NCBI GenBank assembly: GCA_010093605.1
Contig: MU004199.1
Coordinates: 744,001 to 808,000, forward strand
DNA: 64,000 nt
Source: Lophium mytilinum
Taxonomy: Eukaryota
Direction: 5' to 3'
The translations under genes were made by a program, and so were the position numbers. Below the pieces are notes generated by a model. That model was given only the letters and a program-made list of their open reading frames with translations. It made no database searches and was not told the DNA's origin. Shown piece by piece: positions 34,854 to 47,916 of the stretch. Positions within the stretch are counted from its first letter, which is position 1; each line of letters opens with the position of its first letter.

Positions 34854-36967
34854 ATGAGGCGTGAGAATGGGAGGGGTGGTGAAGGGGGGGAGATGGGGAA
34901 GGGTTGGCGTAGGGGGGATGGTTGGGTTGTGGGTGGGAACAAGGAAGTGCTCGAATGGGACGGGATGGGATGGGATTTCGTGAACGGGCGAAGGGGGTGG
35001 GGGGAGGTCGTGTACAGTGCATAGTTTGCGGCACCGTTTGGGAAGTGGTGCCCACACACTTTTCTAGGGTGCAAGAGGTTGCTGATTTCTGGTTGCTGGT
35101 TGCTGGTTTCTACTGTTTTTTTGCTTTTCGTCTCTGACCTGTTCCTCGATGGCATTTCCAGGTGCGGTGGATGGTTGGGAGGGATTCGGGGGAATGGATG
35201 GAGTTTTAAGTGTGGTAGTTAGGCTAGCCCAAGCTTGAAATGCTAGAGTGTTCGAGGGTTTGAAAGATCTGTGTGGGGATTCTTAGGGGAGGGAGGGTCA
35301 ACGGTGAAGTGATGGCATGAGGTGGTTGTTAGAGTTTAGAAGAGGGGTTGCGGTTTTGGTGGAACAGGACAGGTTGGTGGGTGTGTAGACGCGCTCTTCA
35401 GTCTTGACCCTGTGAATTGCGGGTTTTTGGGAAATAGAGGTGCTGTTCTAATGGCTAGAGACGCTCTTCCTCGATCTTCTCTTTCCAGGCAGGCGTCCGG
35501 TTTTCTCGAAATGGCCCGTTTATGGAGACACTCTCAGGAACCATGGTGGTACCATTACGGAAACTCGCATTTCAGGAACAATCGTTTCTAAGTCTAGTAA
35601 ACACCATATCGGTATAACATCTCATTAAATCAGTATTTCGCAAAACCTAATCCCACTTCACGAAACCACCTCCCTACTAAACGTATACAGCAGCATAGCC
35701 CGATCACCGGGACAGTCGGCAGCGACCAACGCGGTCGGCGGATAGACCTGCTTGGGCTAACAGCGACGGTGGATGGTTGCCGATGCCGGCCTTGCCGCTA
35801 GCACATAGTTGCTGGAGCTAGGAGTAGTGCGCCGTATAGGGCAGACCCTGCATTAGCATGCGTTAGGCTGGACGCCGGGGACGAGGGGGGGGAAAAAGCA
35901 AGAAATAAGAAATTAGACGCGCTTGAGGGGAGGATTGGAGGCTATGCGGCGCTAGTACTGGTGTTGGGGATGGGTGGGTTGGTGGGCTGGTACGTCATGA
36001 CTGGCTTCGAGGTAGCGTGGAGGGGTGGATGATTGTCTAAGGGAAGTAGGTACTATTGTGGATCTATACTTTGGCGATTTTCTTTGTACAGCGTGATGCG
36101 GTAGGTTGGAGGTTGTGTAGGCTGACAGAGTGTCAGTAAATGTGAATTAGGTGGACATGAGGAGTAGTGCTAAGTTAGGACGGTTAGTGAGTCTGCCAAA
36201 GTGGAAGATTGGGTTAAAGAAATTGCACAGGCGGACTGTCGGCCTACTTGCCGCTGTTGGTGGTGCTTTAGGGTCTCATAATGAATTGGGGCGAGATGAA
36301 AACAACGCCGTGCCTGAACTTGTTTCCTAGTTCTGTGCCTAAGCTTCGAAGTGGACCGCAGTGTGTACAGAGAATCGAAACATTGCCGTGATGAAAGATG
36401 GCCTACATCGCAAAAAATTGAAGTTGAGATAAGAATGACGAAGCCATCAAGCCTCTGTAGGCTTGAAACAGTTATTAGAATTCCAGAACATGCAACTGCT
36501 AAGGATTGGTCTACCCTGTTGATGTGGGGGGAAACGTAACAGGGTGTATGCGTATGCTTAATATACGTGGATCGTAAAAGAGGCAGGAGAGGACATCAGA
36601 GTGGAAGGGCCCTGGTCGTTTACTATGTAATAATGGAATCCGAGGCAGATGCATGGATGTATGCATATTGGATGCAAGCACTCCTGCGTTTGTCTTACTT
36701 GGGAAACTCGTAGTCGAACCGAGCATCGTAGCCATGCCTGATTGTTTGATTGCTCTGTTTCAGATAGGCTGAACAAGTCTCATGATTTGACTTTCCCGTC
36801 CATTATTGTATCGAATGATGTTAAAGATTGAAGGAGACATACTCACTACGTGGACGATGAGGCTAGAGTGACATAGCTGGAGATCTGCAATAAGTTTCAA
36901 GCCTATCCGAAACAGGTAGTACGATATCCCAATGTGCACCCAAGCAATTTCCTTTCCTGTTCAGAAA

Positions 36968-37098
36968 CCTGAGCTGCTCACCTGCATGCGCCGGTCTGAG
37001 CTGTGGCTGTGCTGGGTGAGCGTATCCTGAGCCGGGACTGAGCGCATCTGAGTCGAGACTGAGCAGGGTGAGCGCATCCTAAGCCGAGACTAAGCAGC
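36968..37098. repeat. Cluster of TGAGC/TAAGC motifs with a duplicated ~30-bp unit upstream of the HeLo-like gene
   Basis: GGGTGAGCGTATCCTGAGCCGGGACTGAGC and GGGTGAGCGCATCCTAAGCCGAGACTAAGC plus a partial copy between them. Confidence 0.75.
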
Positions 37099-37456
37099 CG
37101 TTGGAACCTTTGCATGTCAGCAAGATTGCACCAATCAGGAACGACTTCGTCCTCTCATCACCTTCTTCAATACAATTCACGTGCCAGCTTCGTCTTTCTG
37201 TAAGAATCGTAGTCCATCAGCTATAACCGTTTGCACTATATATGAACGAAACGTTGCAGAGCTTTCAACTTTGGAAGTATGTACACCATGTATGAGATGC
37301 AAGTTGAGGAGGCGCAGCATCGTCCCACGCGCTGCCCTCAGCCTGACAGGCAACCGCGAACACTTCTCGGGCATGCCTTTACCAAGACGCATGCCGATGC
37401 GATATCCCCCAGAGGAAGAGTCATAGTAGCGACTGCTAAGAGTCCCGAGGTCCAGC

Positions 37457-40284
37457 ATGGCTGAGATAGGCCTCATAGCGTCCGTCATCCAGGTGGCTGG
37501 CGCAGGCCTCACGCTGGCTGACACGCTTTACCAATACGCCGACTCCGTGTCGAGTGCCGACAAACGCATCAAAGACATTGCGAAAGACGTCAAGTTGACA
37601 TCGCGCGTCATCGACGAGCTAGGGAGTATCTTCAAGAAAAATGAGACTGCATTGTTGTTGTCCAAGAATGCTGTCAGCACAGCCGAAGAGACTGTTCTTG
37701 AGTGCTCCAGCCTTTTTGAAGAGATGGACGCGGCGATCAAGAAAACCAAGAAGAGTACATTGGGGAAACTTATGTTTCCCTTTCAGGCACCAAAAATGGA
37801 GCTTCTCCGAGCGAACATCGATCGCCTGAAGAGCACTCTGCAGTTGCTGATGCAGGTATTAACACACGCGTACCAAGTAGCGTCTCAGTAAGTGCTACAG
37901 TTTGGCAATCTTGGATTCGATTGAACTGATCCACTTTCTGCAGTAATGTGGATAAAGAGGCCGCTGCCGCTCAGCGCCATCAGATCAAAATCTTGATCAA
38001 GGCCAAAAAGGAATCAACGAAGCGTTACGAGGAGTCTCTGAAGAATTACAGCCCAAGCGACGACAGCATTGTCTTGAAGTAAGACGCCGACTTTCCTATC
38101 ATCGGCTAGACATAACACTGCCGAGGGTGCTTCGACGAGGCTTATGAGGCCCCAAAATTCTTTTTGTCTGATCGCAATCTTGATAGAAAGTTCCTTCTCT
38201 ATGAAACAAAGCTCTCGTATGGAGAGCATTGGGGCTTCATAAACTTCATCGAAGCACCCCCAGCAGTGTCATCAGCTACCCATAGTTTTGACAAGACATT
38301 GTACTACGGGATCTAACAAGCATAGTGACAATGCCTCCACTACACGTGACAGAGGCTTCGACCCAGATGCAGAACAGAGTGATGGAATGGTCAAAGCCGC
38401 TACCATCTTCGGGTCAACTATCAACAAGTCAAGCTTGAAGTCTTGTGTTGCGCATATCCAGAAACTCCTCGAGGATATTGAACTCGTCCAGCGATGCCTG
38501 AGTTCCGACGATGTTGGCGCCGGCCATTCCGAACATCAGCAAAGGCTCATCGGGTCGTACTTCAATGCTCGAGAACACCTCGATACCGTTATCCTCGGTG
38601 GTTCTTCGAGTAAAAGAACTGATACTGGGCTATCGGGATCGACAGCTGGAAAAGGGCAACGAATTGCGACTGCTGACCTAGGCGCCGCTGGTATCGCTAG
38701 CATTAAGGATGCACCCAAAAATGAGCGTCACATTGTTGGAGCAGTCATAGGCGGTCTCGGCGCTGCTGCTGTTGCCAGTGACAACACATTCGAGTTCCCT
38801 ACGTATGCTTCTATGGATCCTCAGCTCGCGCAGTCGCTGCGGATGAAGTACGAGGAGGAGAAGGCGCGAGAGGAGCATGAGAAGAAAGCGAAAGAGGCTG
38901 CAAAAAACAAGACGGAGCTAGAGAACATGCCTGATGAAGATTTGGAAGCAGAGCTGGAGAAAGCCTTCAAGGAATATGCTGCGCTTAAGAGTGATGTCAG
39001 TGACTTTCAAGCAGAAATAGGTCATATTGGGGATGGGAAAAATCACGGGACAAATCAGGTGTGGAGGAAACCAACACAGCGGGATGAGCTGGATGAGCTT
39101 TTGAGAAAGATACAAGACATGAAAAAAGAGCTGCATGACTATGTGTGGTCACCAGAATTCGGTCTTGGGTCTTCGCCTCCATCTTCATATCCCGACAAGA
39201 GCATTGGCGACTCCCCAGCCCTGCAAAACCTCCACAACTCGGCGTTTGGTGATGATGCGCGCAACGGAAGGGGCGATTTCCTAGGCTCCTCGCCTCCAGA
39301 TTCCACGGACCAGCAGGCGGATTCGAGCGAAAAAGACGCACAGGCGGAAGAGGAAAGGAAGGTCAGTAAGAATCTTGAAGAAGAGGAAGATTTCGAGAAG
39401 AGGGTGGAGGAAGAGTTGCGGAAGAGACTCGTCATACTTGGTTTTCAGGATAGTCCAATCGGATGTATGATCGAACCCGAGAAAGAAGAAAACGTACAGG
39501 TCGGTCTTGCTGATAAGGAGCCTGGACCACAGCTGCCGATATATATCAAGGTGCATAGAGATCATGTGGCTATTGACACCTTGCAACACTATGACCTCCC
39601 TTGGAAATATGATGATTGGGTAAGAGACTATCCTAAGTCCTGTCATGTTTTGCTACAATTAGACACTGACAGGACCGTATTCAGGACGCCAATTACATCG
39701 TTATCCTTCGCCCTATAGATCAGACCGAGACAGAGATGATATTTGAACACACGCGCAAACTACAAGAATTGGAGCGAAATGAGAACTGGCAATATGAAGA
39801 CGCAGGGCTCAACCGCAGTCCAGGTACTAACTCCCCTACCTATGAGACACCACCTTGCCGATCCCAAACCCGCCTATCTCCTCGATCAGAAGGAGTCTTT
39901 TCTTATCAAGCTTCAGATCCAGGCGCAAATATGGAAACCTTCCAGCCTGTCGAAACATCCGAAACCTCACCCTCTCCGGGACCACAAAGCAACAACACTG
40001 TCGTGCCGTCATCACAGTATTCAGAACCGATCGTGTGGGGGCTTTCGGATCATCTGCCCGGCAACGACGAGTCTCCTTCGTCTTCAAAGTCCAGTATTCA
40101 TTACCGCGACAATCCCCTAGACGCCGAGCACGACTACGTAGAGAGGCGCGAGCGTGAAGTAGAAACTTTGGACGAGGACCTTGATGAGGAGGAGGTTGAT
40201 GAGCTGCTTAAAGATTGGACAAATCTAGGGAAAGAGAAAGCCAATGTGGCATCTCGCCCCACGTCCGTGGAGACAGTAGCCTAG
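37457..40284 (+). CDS. Protein with fungal HeLo-like N-terminal domain (type found on STAND/NLR proteins), coiled coils and a C-terminal DUF8035-like motif, 4 exons
   Basis: MAEIGLIASVIQVAGAGLTLADTLYQY..IKDIAKDVKLTSRVIDEL N-terminus; introns ~37888-37943, 38079-38325 and ~39620-39684; PIYIKVHRDHVAIDTLQHYDLPWKYDDW|DANYIVILR...IFEHTRKL. Confidence 0.8.
38112..38272. mobile_element. Intronic 44-bp inverted repeat (MITE-like relic or long hairpin)
   Basis: Arms 38112-38155 and 38229-38272 pair at 37/44 positions; all 7 differences are transitions. Confidence 0.6.
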
Positions 40285-43200
40285 TACTTGTTGCAGCGTA
40301 AGTGGACGGAGAGGCAGCGCTGTGTCATGATCGATGAAAATCAGAAGGTGAAAAGGGATATACGAATCTTCAGGAACAGGTTTTTTGGTAGCTCCACCGG
40401 CAGAGTAGGGTATGCGCAGGCAAAGTTGGATCTTCCATATCGTGGCCCGAACGAAATTCACACCGTCTTTGCATTACCTCTTAGCACGGTTATAATCCGG
40501 AACTGAGAGGGAGTTACCCCGTCGAAGCAAAACTGTACTTTATCTTATTCCACAAACACGCCGAAAAGCAATATGATCTTAAGTTCATGCGGGGGCCTCC
40601 GATATATATCCGCCAAACTTTAACAACATATCACAGCGGTCAAAGACCCAAGAATTGGACGTATACCAACAAGTCTGGGATCCTAAAAAGGAACTCTGGC
40701 TCTCACATCCCGACAAGCACGGACACCGGAACAGGCGGTCCACGACCCTGAGTACATCGTTCCAGATCGACTGACGAACATTCCACCGGAACTTCTCCTA
40801 CGCCCATCTAACCTGCAAGAAGAATAGGTGGCTTGATATTACATAGATCAGTTTCCGGCACTCCTCGATTGACGATGTACAAGGTCTTTCCTTCAAGTAC
40901 TTGCGCCACACCGGACTATCTGTTTCTGTTGGCTGGTGAGCTTCACGTGAGGAATTGAGGCAGAGAAGTGTGTGGTCATTAGGGCTTTCTAACGGGGCTT
41001 TATAGAGACAGCAGATGGATCAAGGAAAACAGGGAGTCCAGGTTGACTCGTAGTGCTAGGGTTGGAGTCTGAGGGATGCGCGTGTTAGATGAGGTTTGGG
41101 TGGGTTTTGGCGTCTCTGGGAAAGGTATCTGCGAAAAGTATCGATGAATCACGTTGCGCATCTCAAATGCGCAGGAGTGACATTGATCGATACCATGGTG
41201 GCGTACCAGTTTACATGCGAGATCCTTCCCGAGGGCCTACAAGAGCTCGTGATGCGAAACCCTGAAAGACCTCTCACCCCACCCTGGAGCAACAACATGC
41301 ACGACATCTGGCATCCGCCACTCACAATCGCCAAACCACACGGGTTGATGGAGGATTGAAGCTTAGCAGCAGGAGTCAGCACAAAAAAGTCTTCAAGCAT
41401 GTGCCTATACTGGCAACCCATCCTGACACATGCATATCGAACACCTGTCAGACAGTCTCGGCAATCTGCAGATCACAGAATCCTCCCGCCGACCATTGGT
41501 AAATCCTTTTAAGACATTATCGACACGTTGTCTGCAACAATCTGAAGGCCGAATCGGGAACCGCCAAGACTCGATCTCGAAGAATTGGGGTCGTGATGTG
41601 GCTAGGGTCTCCAGGGAAGATCGCGACAAATTTAGACGCCACGGAGCGCTAACCAGGAATTACTCCACACTTGGCTGTCAGGCGTCGGTTGGGTTCGGAT
41701 CGATGGAGAGGCTGCCTCGATCAGTCAACACGCCATGAGGCGTCCAGAAAGAGTTGGCGCCGTGAAGCATGGCAGGTATTGACGGCTTGCCTTGAGCGGA
41801 TCCAGATACGATACCAGGCGTGGTCTAGTGGCCTGATTCGTGATGCAAGGGTAGAATCTTTTACGTGGGAAGTTGTGCACCTGTCTTGCCATTGATTGCG
41901 CAGATGAGAAAGCGGCGAGGAGAGGGGTTGTGGTCTGTTCAGTCTATTGCATACAGGTCGTATTTGTTTTCTCAGCGCTTCTCGTTGTGCTACTGGATAT
42001 AGACGTGGCCGAGGTCACTGCAGCGTCTGTCATGTGCGACGTCGGCTCTGGGGCTGCTATATCTGCAGGCGGCGGGGCACTATCGCGCCGGCGGCGTTGG
42101 GCGATTAGATTGCTGTCATAAGTTTCAGCGGTGGTGAGGCAGCTGGTGGTGAAGGGGTCGGCCGAGTTGCTTGGAGGAGAGGCTCCCACCATTCCAGCAA
42201 CCGGGTCCACGCGCCACGATCAAAACCAGAGACGTCGTGCAGGCAGCTAGCCACGCCGGTGTTGCGGCTGAAGCGGCAAGCTGGGCGCAACCCATCCACA
42301 GGGCGCGCCGCCGCAGTGGGATGGGAGTGCTCGTGCAGGGGCAGAGGGTCAATATTCACGCCCACCCCCAGGCGGCGAATCACAGCTTGTACCAGACACC
42401 GCGGCTGCACGCTGAGCAAGGTGGCGGTCCGTAAAAGCGCGCAGGCAGGTGGAGCGACGCAGGTGGACGCCCGACGATGCAGGTGAAAGGAGGGTGGAGT
42501 CTGGGAGGCATGGTTGGAAGTGCTGGTGGGAGGTCTCTGGGCGGTGGCAATTTGTCTCGATATGTCGGCTCCCACGTTCTGCACGTTTCGGGCATGCGGG
42601 AGCAGTTTGTCCGACCACGCTGCCGGCGAGCGGGTCAGGGCCTGCCAGGCTGCGCTCGGGGGAGTTGAGGCGGCACTGCCCAGGTGGAGAGGCGCCTTGG
42701 AGAGGAGCCTTGAAAAGGAGCGCTGCGAGGCTGCGAGACGTGGCTGCGAGACGGGGCTGCGAGGCTCGGGAGGATGTGTATCAAGCCTCGGGCTGCGTGC
42801 CACCAGCCAGCACTCGGGATGTGAATCTAGGGCTCGGGATGCCGTGTCGTGCGTGTTGCCGTGTGCCAGCAACCAGGCTCCAGCTCCCGGGCGTCATCGC
42901 CGTCACATCCATCGTGCTCGGCATGGCATCGAGAAGCCGCTCGGGATCTCTCGTCCATGCCTCGATCTTTGGCGGCCCAATCAGCACCATCTCCCCCCTT
43001 TGCCCATCGCAGCGATCCCCAGGGGCCGTGGTCTGTGCGGTGCTAGCAGTGCTGGGTTTATGGGAGCAGTGCTGGGGTGAATGTCGCCAGCACCACTATG
43101 CGCCCCCAGACCCCCCAGCCGCTCCCACACTCACTGCTTGCCCAATCGCCGACAGCCCACTTCGACTTCCTACCAGATGCAAAGCATTGCCTTTCTCTGC

Positions 43201-43954
43201 TGCTCCTCTTCACCCCCATCGTCTGAAGCGCGAAAAGAGCAAATGCTTATCATGTCCTCCCACCGACAAAACACCCCCGACACGCTCTTTTGCCTCCCAT
43301 CGTGAGCATCGCCATCCCCTTCTGGACGTGGAGGGCCCGCCTACCGCCGAGTGGAGGCTCACTGGACCTGTTCGGCGGCAGCATCCAGCGAGGCAGCGTT
43401 TATACCAGCGTCTCCTCCAGCCAGCGCAAGCAACTATTTGAAGTGGCGTGGATCCCCTCTGTTTAGCTCGTCAGTGCTCTGCGCCGTTATATCTCTCACT
43501 GCCAGCCTGTAGCCAGATGGGTATCCGCGCATACAGACCTTCCCTTCGCGTGCTCCCCACGGCCTGTTCCGCGCAACCTGCTTCGTAGCGCTCCAATCCA
43601 CTCATCCTCGATTCGCCGCGGACTGTTTCTGACAGCTCAACGGCTGCCACCCGCCGTGGTTTGAAACTGCGCTGCTGCGGATCGTCATTACGGCCATTTT
43701 CTAGCTTCCGTCCGTTGCCTGCCCCTCCTGCAGCCCTCCAACACCTGACAGCTGCTATTCTGGGCATGGTCTTCCCGGACTGACGTCCTCGCACTGCATC
43801 ACCAACAGGCCCCCGGCTTCCTCGACTTTATTTACTGCAAGAGGATCCCAGCGCCGTGGGCGACGCCGCCTAGTCCCTCACCAACACCATCTCCTCCACC
43901 TTTTCGCTAAACCACGAGGTCTTGGCCGCTACGAGTCTCACCCGGCAGATCATC

Positions 43955-46900
43955 ATGGCCTCAACCGGGCCGAGCCTCTCTACTCATGGCACTACCAACA
44001 TCGCCGGCGACGGCCAAGATGGATCGTGGGACCCTCCGCCGCCGCCAAACAGATGGGACCAACCGCCAACCCCGCCGCCGCCCTCTCAGCCGGCCGCGAA
44101 GTTGCGCAAGAGGACTAAGACGGGATGTTTGACATGTCGTAAGCGGAGAATTAAGTGCGGAGAAGAACGCCCTATTTGCAACAACTGCATCAAGTCTAAA
44201 CGTCACTGTGAAGGATACAACCAGCGCGTTATCTTCAAGGCGCCCATTGGAGAGTGGCCCAACAATCAGTCAACCGTCAACACTCTTCCCTACCACAGTT
44301 CACTGTTGCCCGGGACCCGGCCTGTCTTCCGCCAACACCAACCGCCTGTCCAACAGCAGACACAAGGGCCACTATCTGCGATACAACCACGGCCACTGAC
44401 CCATTTCGACTTTGCGAATCCAGGGTCTGGGCCTATTCCAGGGCTTGATCCGTTGAACACTGGGGCACTGGGAGGACTGCCACAGTACCAACAGGACCCG
44501 AGCTACGCTCAGCAGCCTCTACCCTCACCACACTCGCATCTACCGACCCCAATTAGTGCGGCGTCGTATCTTCCCTCGCCTTCACATTCAAATTTCCCAC
44601 CACAGTTCGCAAGTGATGGTAGTCAAGCCTACCCAGGGCAGCAGTACCCGCAACAGGGACACTTTCAACCCGTTTCTTATGATACCCAAGCGCAAGACGC
44701 AAAGCCCGCCGTTTCTGAAGCTCCTTATCCTCCTGTTGCGCAGCCATATCAAGTTGGTTCAGACCAATTCGATTATCAGCAACACCCACAGGCGCATCAG
44801 CATCCACAACACCAGCAACAGCACCAAACACCACCCAATGTCCATGAAGAACATGATCCGTATCTAGCGTCCAATCCTCCACCACGAACAAACGAATACC
44901 AGCAGCATCAGTTCATTCAGCATCGGCCGTCACTAGAACAGGTCGGCCCTCGTCGAGACTCGCACGCTTTGCCTACTCCTGTAGATATCGGACGAGGCCC
45001 TTATGTGCCTCCGCCACCACAACCTGATCCGCGTCAGTCTGTACATACTCATATCGCCCAGATACCCCAGTCTGTACAATTATCGTATTCAGATGTAGCT
45101 CCTGATGTAAAATATGTCCCGCAGCATACTGTCCCTGGTATGTCTCGTATTTAGCTCCAACCACTACACTATTCGTGCCTGTCTATATTTATCACTATCA
45201 CTACATTATTGTCACATCTGATGTCCAATTGTACAATTGTCGACTTTACGCGTGTCCCGTTCCTTGAAGTCCATCCGTCGTAATCTCGAACCCCTTGCCC
45301 CTGAAAATGATTCCCCTTTCGAACGTCACATCTCGAATTGCTACGTGAATGGGTACTAACGTTGAATATGTAGAACAGTCAAGTGCTGCGTCGCATATCC
45401 AGCAACCTTTTGTACCAGGCCTCTTCACATCCGGATTCGCCTCTGATCACGTCAGCCCGACATACGCCCTCGATGAAGCCGCCGTGGAATATGAAGACGA
45501 CGATTACTACGACGTCCAGTCTGATGAGGAGATGGACGACGCCCCTGAACAAGAGATGATATCGAACAGGGATTTTGGAATGATACTACGACTACATGAA
45601 GAGAGCATAAGCGACCTCAGCATACGTCGTTACGATACCTTCATTTATGAGGGCATACTAGACTTCTACCGTGCGGAATGGGTAGCAAACCCACTGAGGA
45701 ATCCAGCTACAGCCCGCGTTTTTGCGCATTTCGTTTACGCTACTGGGCCAAGCATGTCGATATATGAGAGGAACCCTAGAAATTCGTCGGCAATGTTCAG
45801 TGAAGGGCCGGTGCCGTCATCTCAGCAAAGTTTGTGGACTTACCACCTCCCAATGCTGGCGTTGAGCCATCAAGGCTTGCTGCATGCGATGCTAGCACTC
45901 TCCAGTCTGCATATCGCAAAGCTTCAAGGCGCTGCTGTGACGCCATCATACAAGCACTACGCGTACTCGTTGAAGCGGCTGCATCATTGCCTTGGACACC
46001 CTACCAAGCGGCATCTAATCACCACCTTAGCGACATCTCTACTACTTGCGTTTTATGAAGTATTCTCAGCAGACCACGTCAAGTGGAGTAGTCATCTCAC
46101 CGGTGCAAAACTGCTCGTGGTAGAAATTGACTTCCGTGGGATGACTGCTGAAGCTAGGAGGATCAAGGCAGAGCAGGCGGCGTATGAGTCCAGCTTCGCA
46201 TATCAAAATCCTGAAATGTTGATGTCTCAGCGAAAACTGAGCCAGGGCTTCCAGGATCTATCGACATCGCCAGATGAGAACTTGGTCAGCACCATTATTG
46301 GCAAGAAGCTCAAATATGACGACTTTAGCCGTGTGACGGACTACGATAATGAGTCGAGAGGTCCCTCGACGACTTTCCCGAAGCAGCTAGACTTGGCCAA
46401 ATATGAGATGTTTCAAGATTTGTATTGGTGGTATTGCCGTATGGATGCTTTCCAGAGCATTGTCAGCGGTAACAAACTCATGTAAGTGTAAAGCAGCTCC
46501 TTTTACGCACGACTCCGGAACCTCCTGAAGCCCTTGAGGGCCTGGCCTAGCTCTGGGGTACTCTGGCCAACGACAAACTTTGGAAAACAGACCGCTTCTG
46601 AGTCTCGATTTGGAATCTCGAAACGGTATCAAGAACTCAAGCTTACGTATCATAGCATGGACTACAACAGATGGAGCGACTGTCCCCCACGAGCACCCTG
46701 TGGTCGCGCCGACCAGTGCTTCGGCACCCACGACCACGTTATTCTTCTTCTAGGTCGAATAGCCGACTTCGCGTCTAGGGATCGCGAACGTAAAATTAAA
46801 CAAGTAGAGGCGAACGGCGGGCAATGGAGGCCAATGCCCGGCATGCCCATGGGCCCGCCAGCATCTGCCAGCTCAGGCGGCCCAGGACAAAGAGGTCCTC

Positions 46901-47916
46901 CCAATGTCGCTCCCTCTCCCCAAACCCCTGGACCACCCCGAGGGCCCCCTCAAGGGCAAGGTCCACCTGGAGGTCCACCTGGAGGTCTACCTTCTGGGCC
47001 TCCACAACCACCCCCTTTCTATGGTATGGCGCCTACCCGTGGTCCATCTGCTATTCCCTCCTCCTATGCGCTCCCGACCTCTCAGGGCCCTCGAATCCCC
47101 TCATTCTCTGACCCACGTCCCTCCCCCCAATCGCAATCTCACGACCCCTCTGAACCCCTCGATCTCTCAAGAGCTTACAATGCCGCCCTGACCAACTGGT
47201 CCTCCATCCGCGCCGCTCTCTTTGCTCTCGAGCACTCCCTCGGTCCATCCTTCCAGCCCCTGGGCCCCTCCCACGCTCCCCCACTGAACACCCCTTTCGG
47301 CCCAGCGCTGCAATACCGCGCATACGACATCGCAATCATCTGGGGCATGCTACACATGTGCCACATTATCCTGCTCCGCGCACACCCCGGGATGCCGCCA
47401 GCTGCCATGCAAGCAGCCGGAGTCGCCGGGAAAGCAACAGAGTGGTACGCAGAGCAAATCGGCCGCCTCGCCGCCGGCATCCTCATGCCCGGCGCTGACA
47501 ACACCTACGAGGACGACAACCTAGACTACGGCCCCTACGGGGCAACCGGCGGCGCGAAACCCACACCGCCCCTCAACCCCTCCGTTGGCGCTGCCCTCAT
47601 CGAATCGACCATGCCTCTCTTCTTCGCCGGCATCCAGTACTCGGCCTCTGCCCACCGCGAGTGGGTTGTCTCCCGGCTGCTCGATATCGAGCTCCGGTCT
47701 GGCTGGGCGACGGCGGGGCAGATTGCGAGGGGGTGCGAGACGAGTTGGGTAAGGGCGTTTCAGGCGGGGAGGGGGCCGTTCTATGAGAGGAGGCGGGAGC
47801 AGGAGGTGCTGCAGGAGGAGCGGAGGGGGAGGGTCACGGAGGAGAGGTATGCGGAGAGGGGGTTTGTGGTGCATTATGCTACGCGGTATACTTGGGCGAG
47901 TGGGATTTTGGATTGA
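43955..47916 (+). CDS. Zn(II)2Cys6 transcription factor with Fungal_trans_2-type C-terminal domain, 3 exons
   Basis: RTKTGCLTCRKRRIKCGEERPICNNCIKSKRHCEGY zinc cluster; Q/P-rich linker; LPMLALSHQGLLHAMLALSSLH, LATSLLLAFYEV..W..HL.GA; introns ~45138-45373 and ~46482-46655. Confidence 0.92.

Noticed and set aside
34257..35057. 266-aa antisense ORF over the MTR10 3' end (and similar antisense ORFs over Nup170, RBR and Rad4)
   Set aside because: Shadow ORFs caused by codon bias and C/G skew of the real gene.
42105..43441. Long overlapping ORFs (255, 330 and 188 aa)
   Set aside because: Expected in GC-rich DNA; Arg/Ala/Pro/Ser-rich without domain features; several begin at non-ATG codons.
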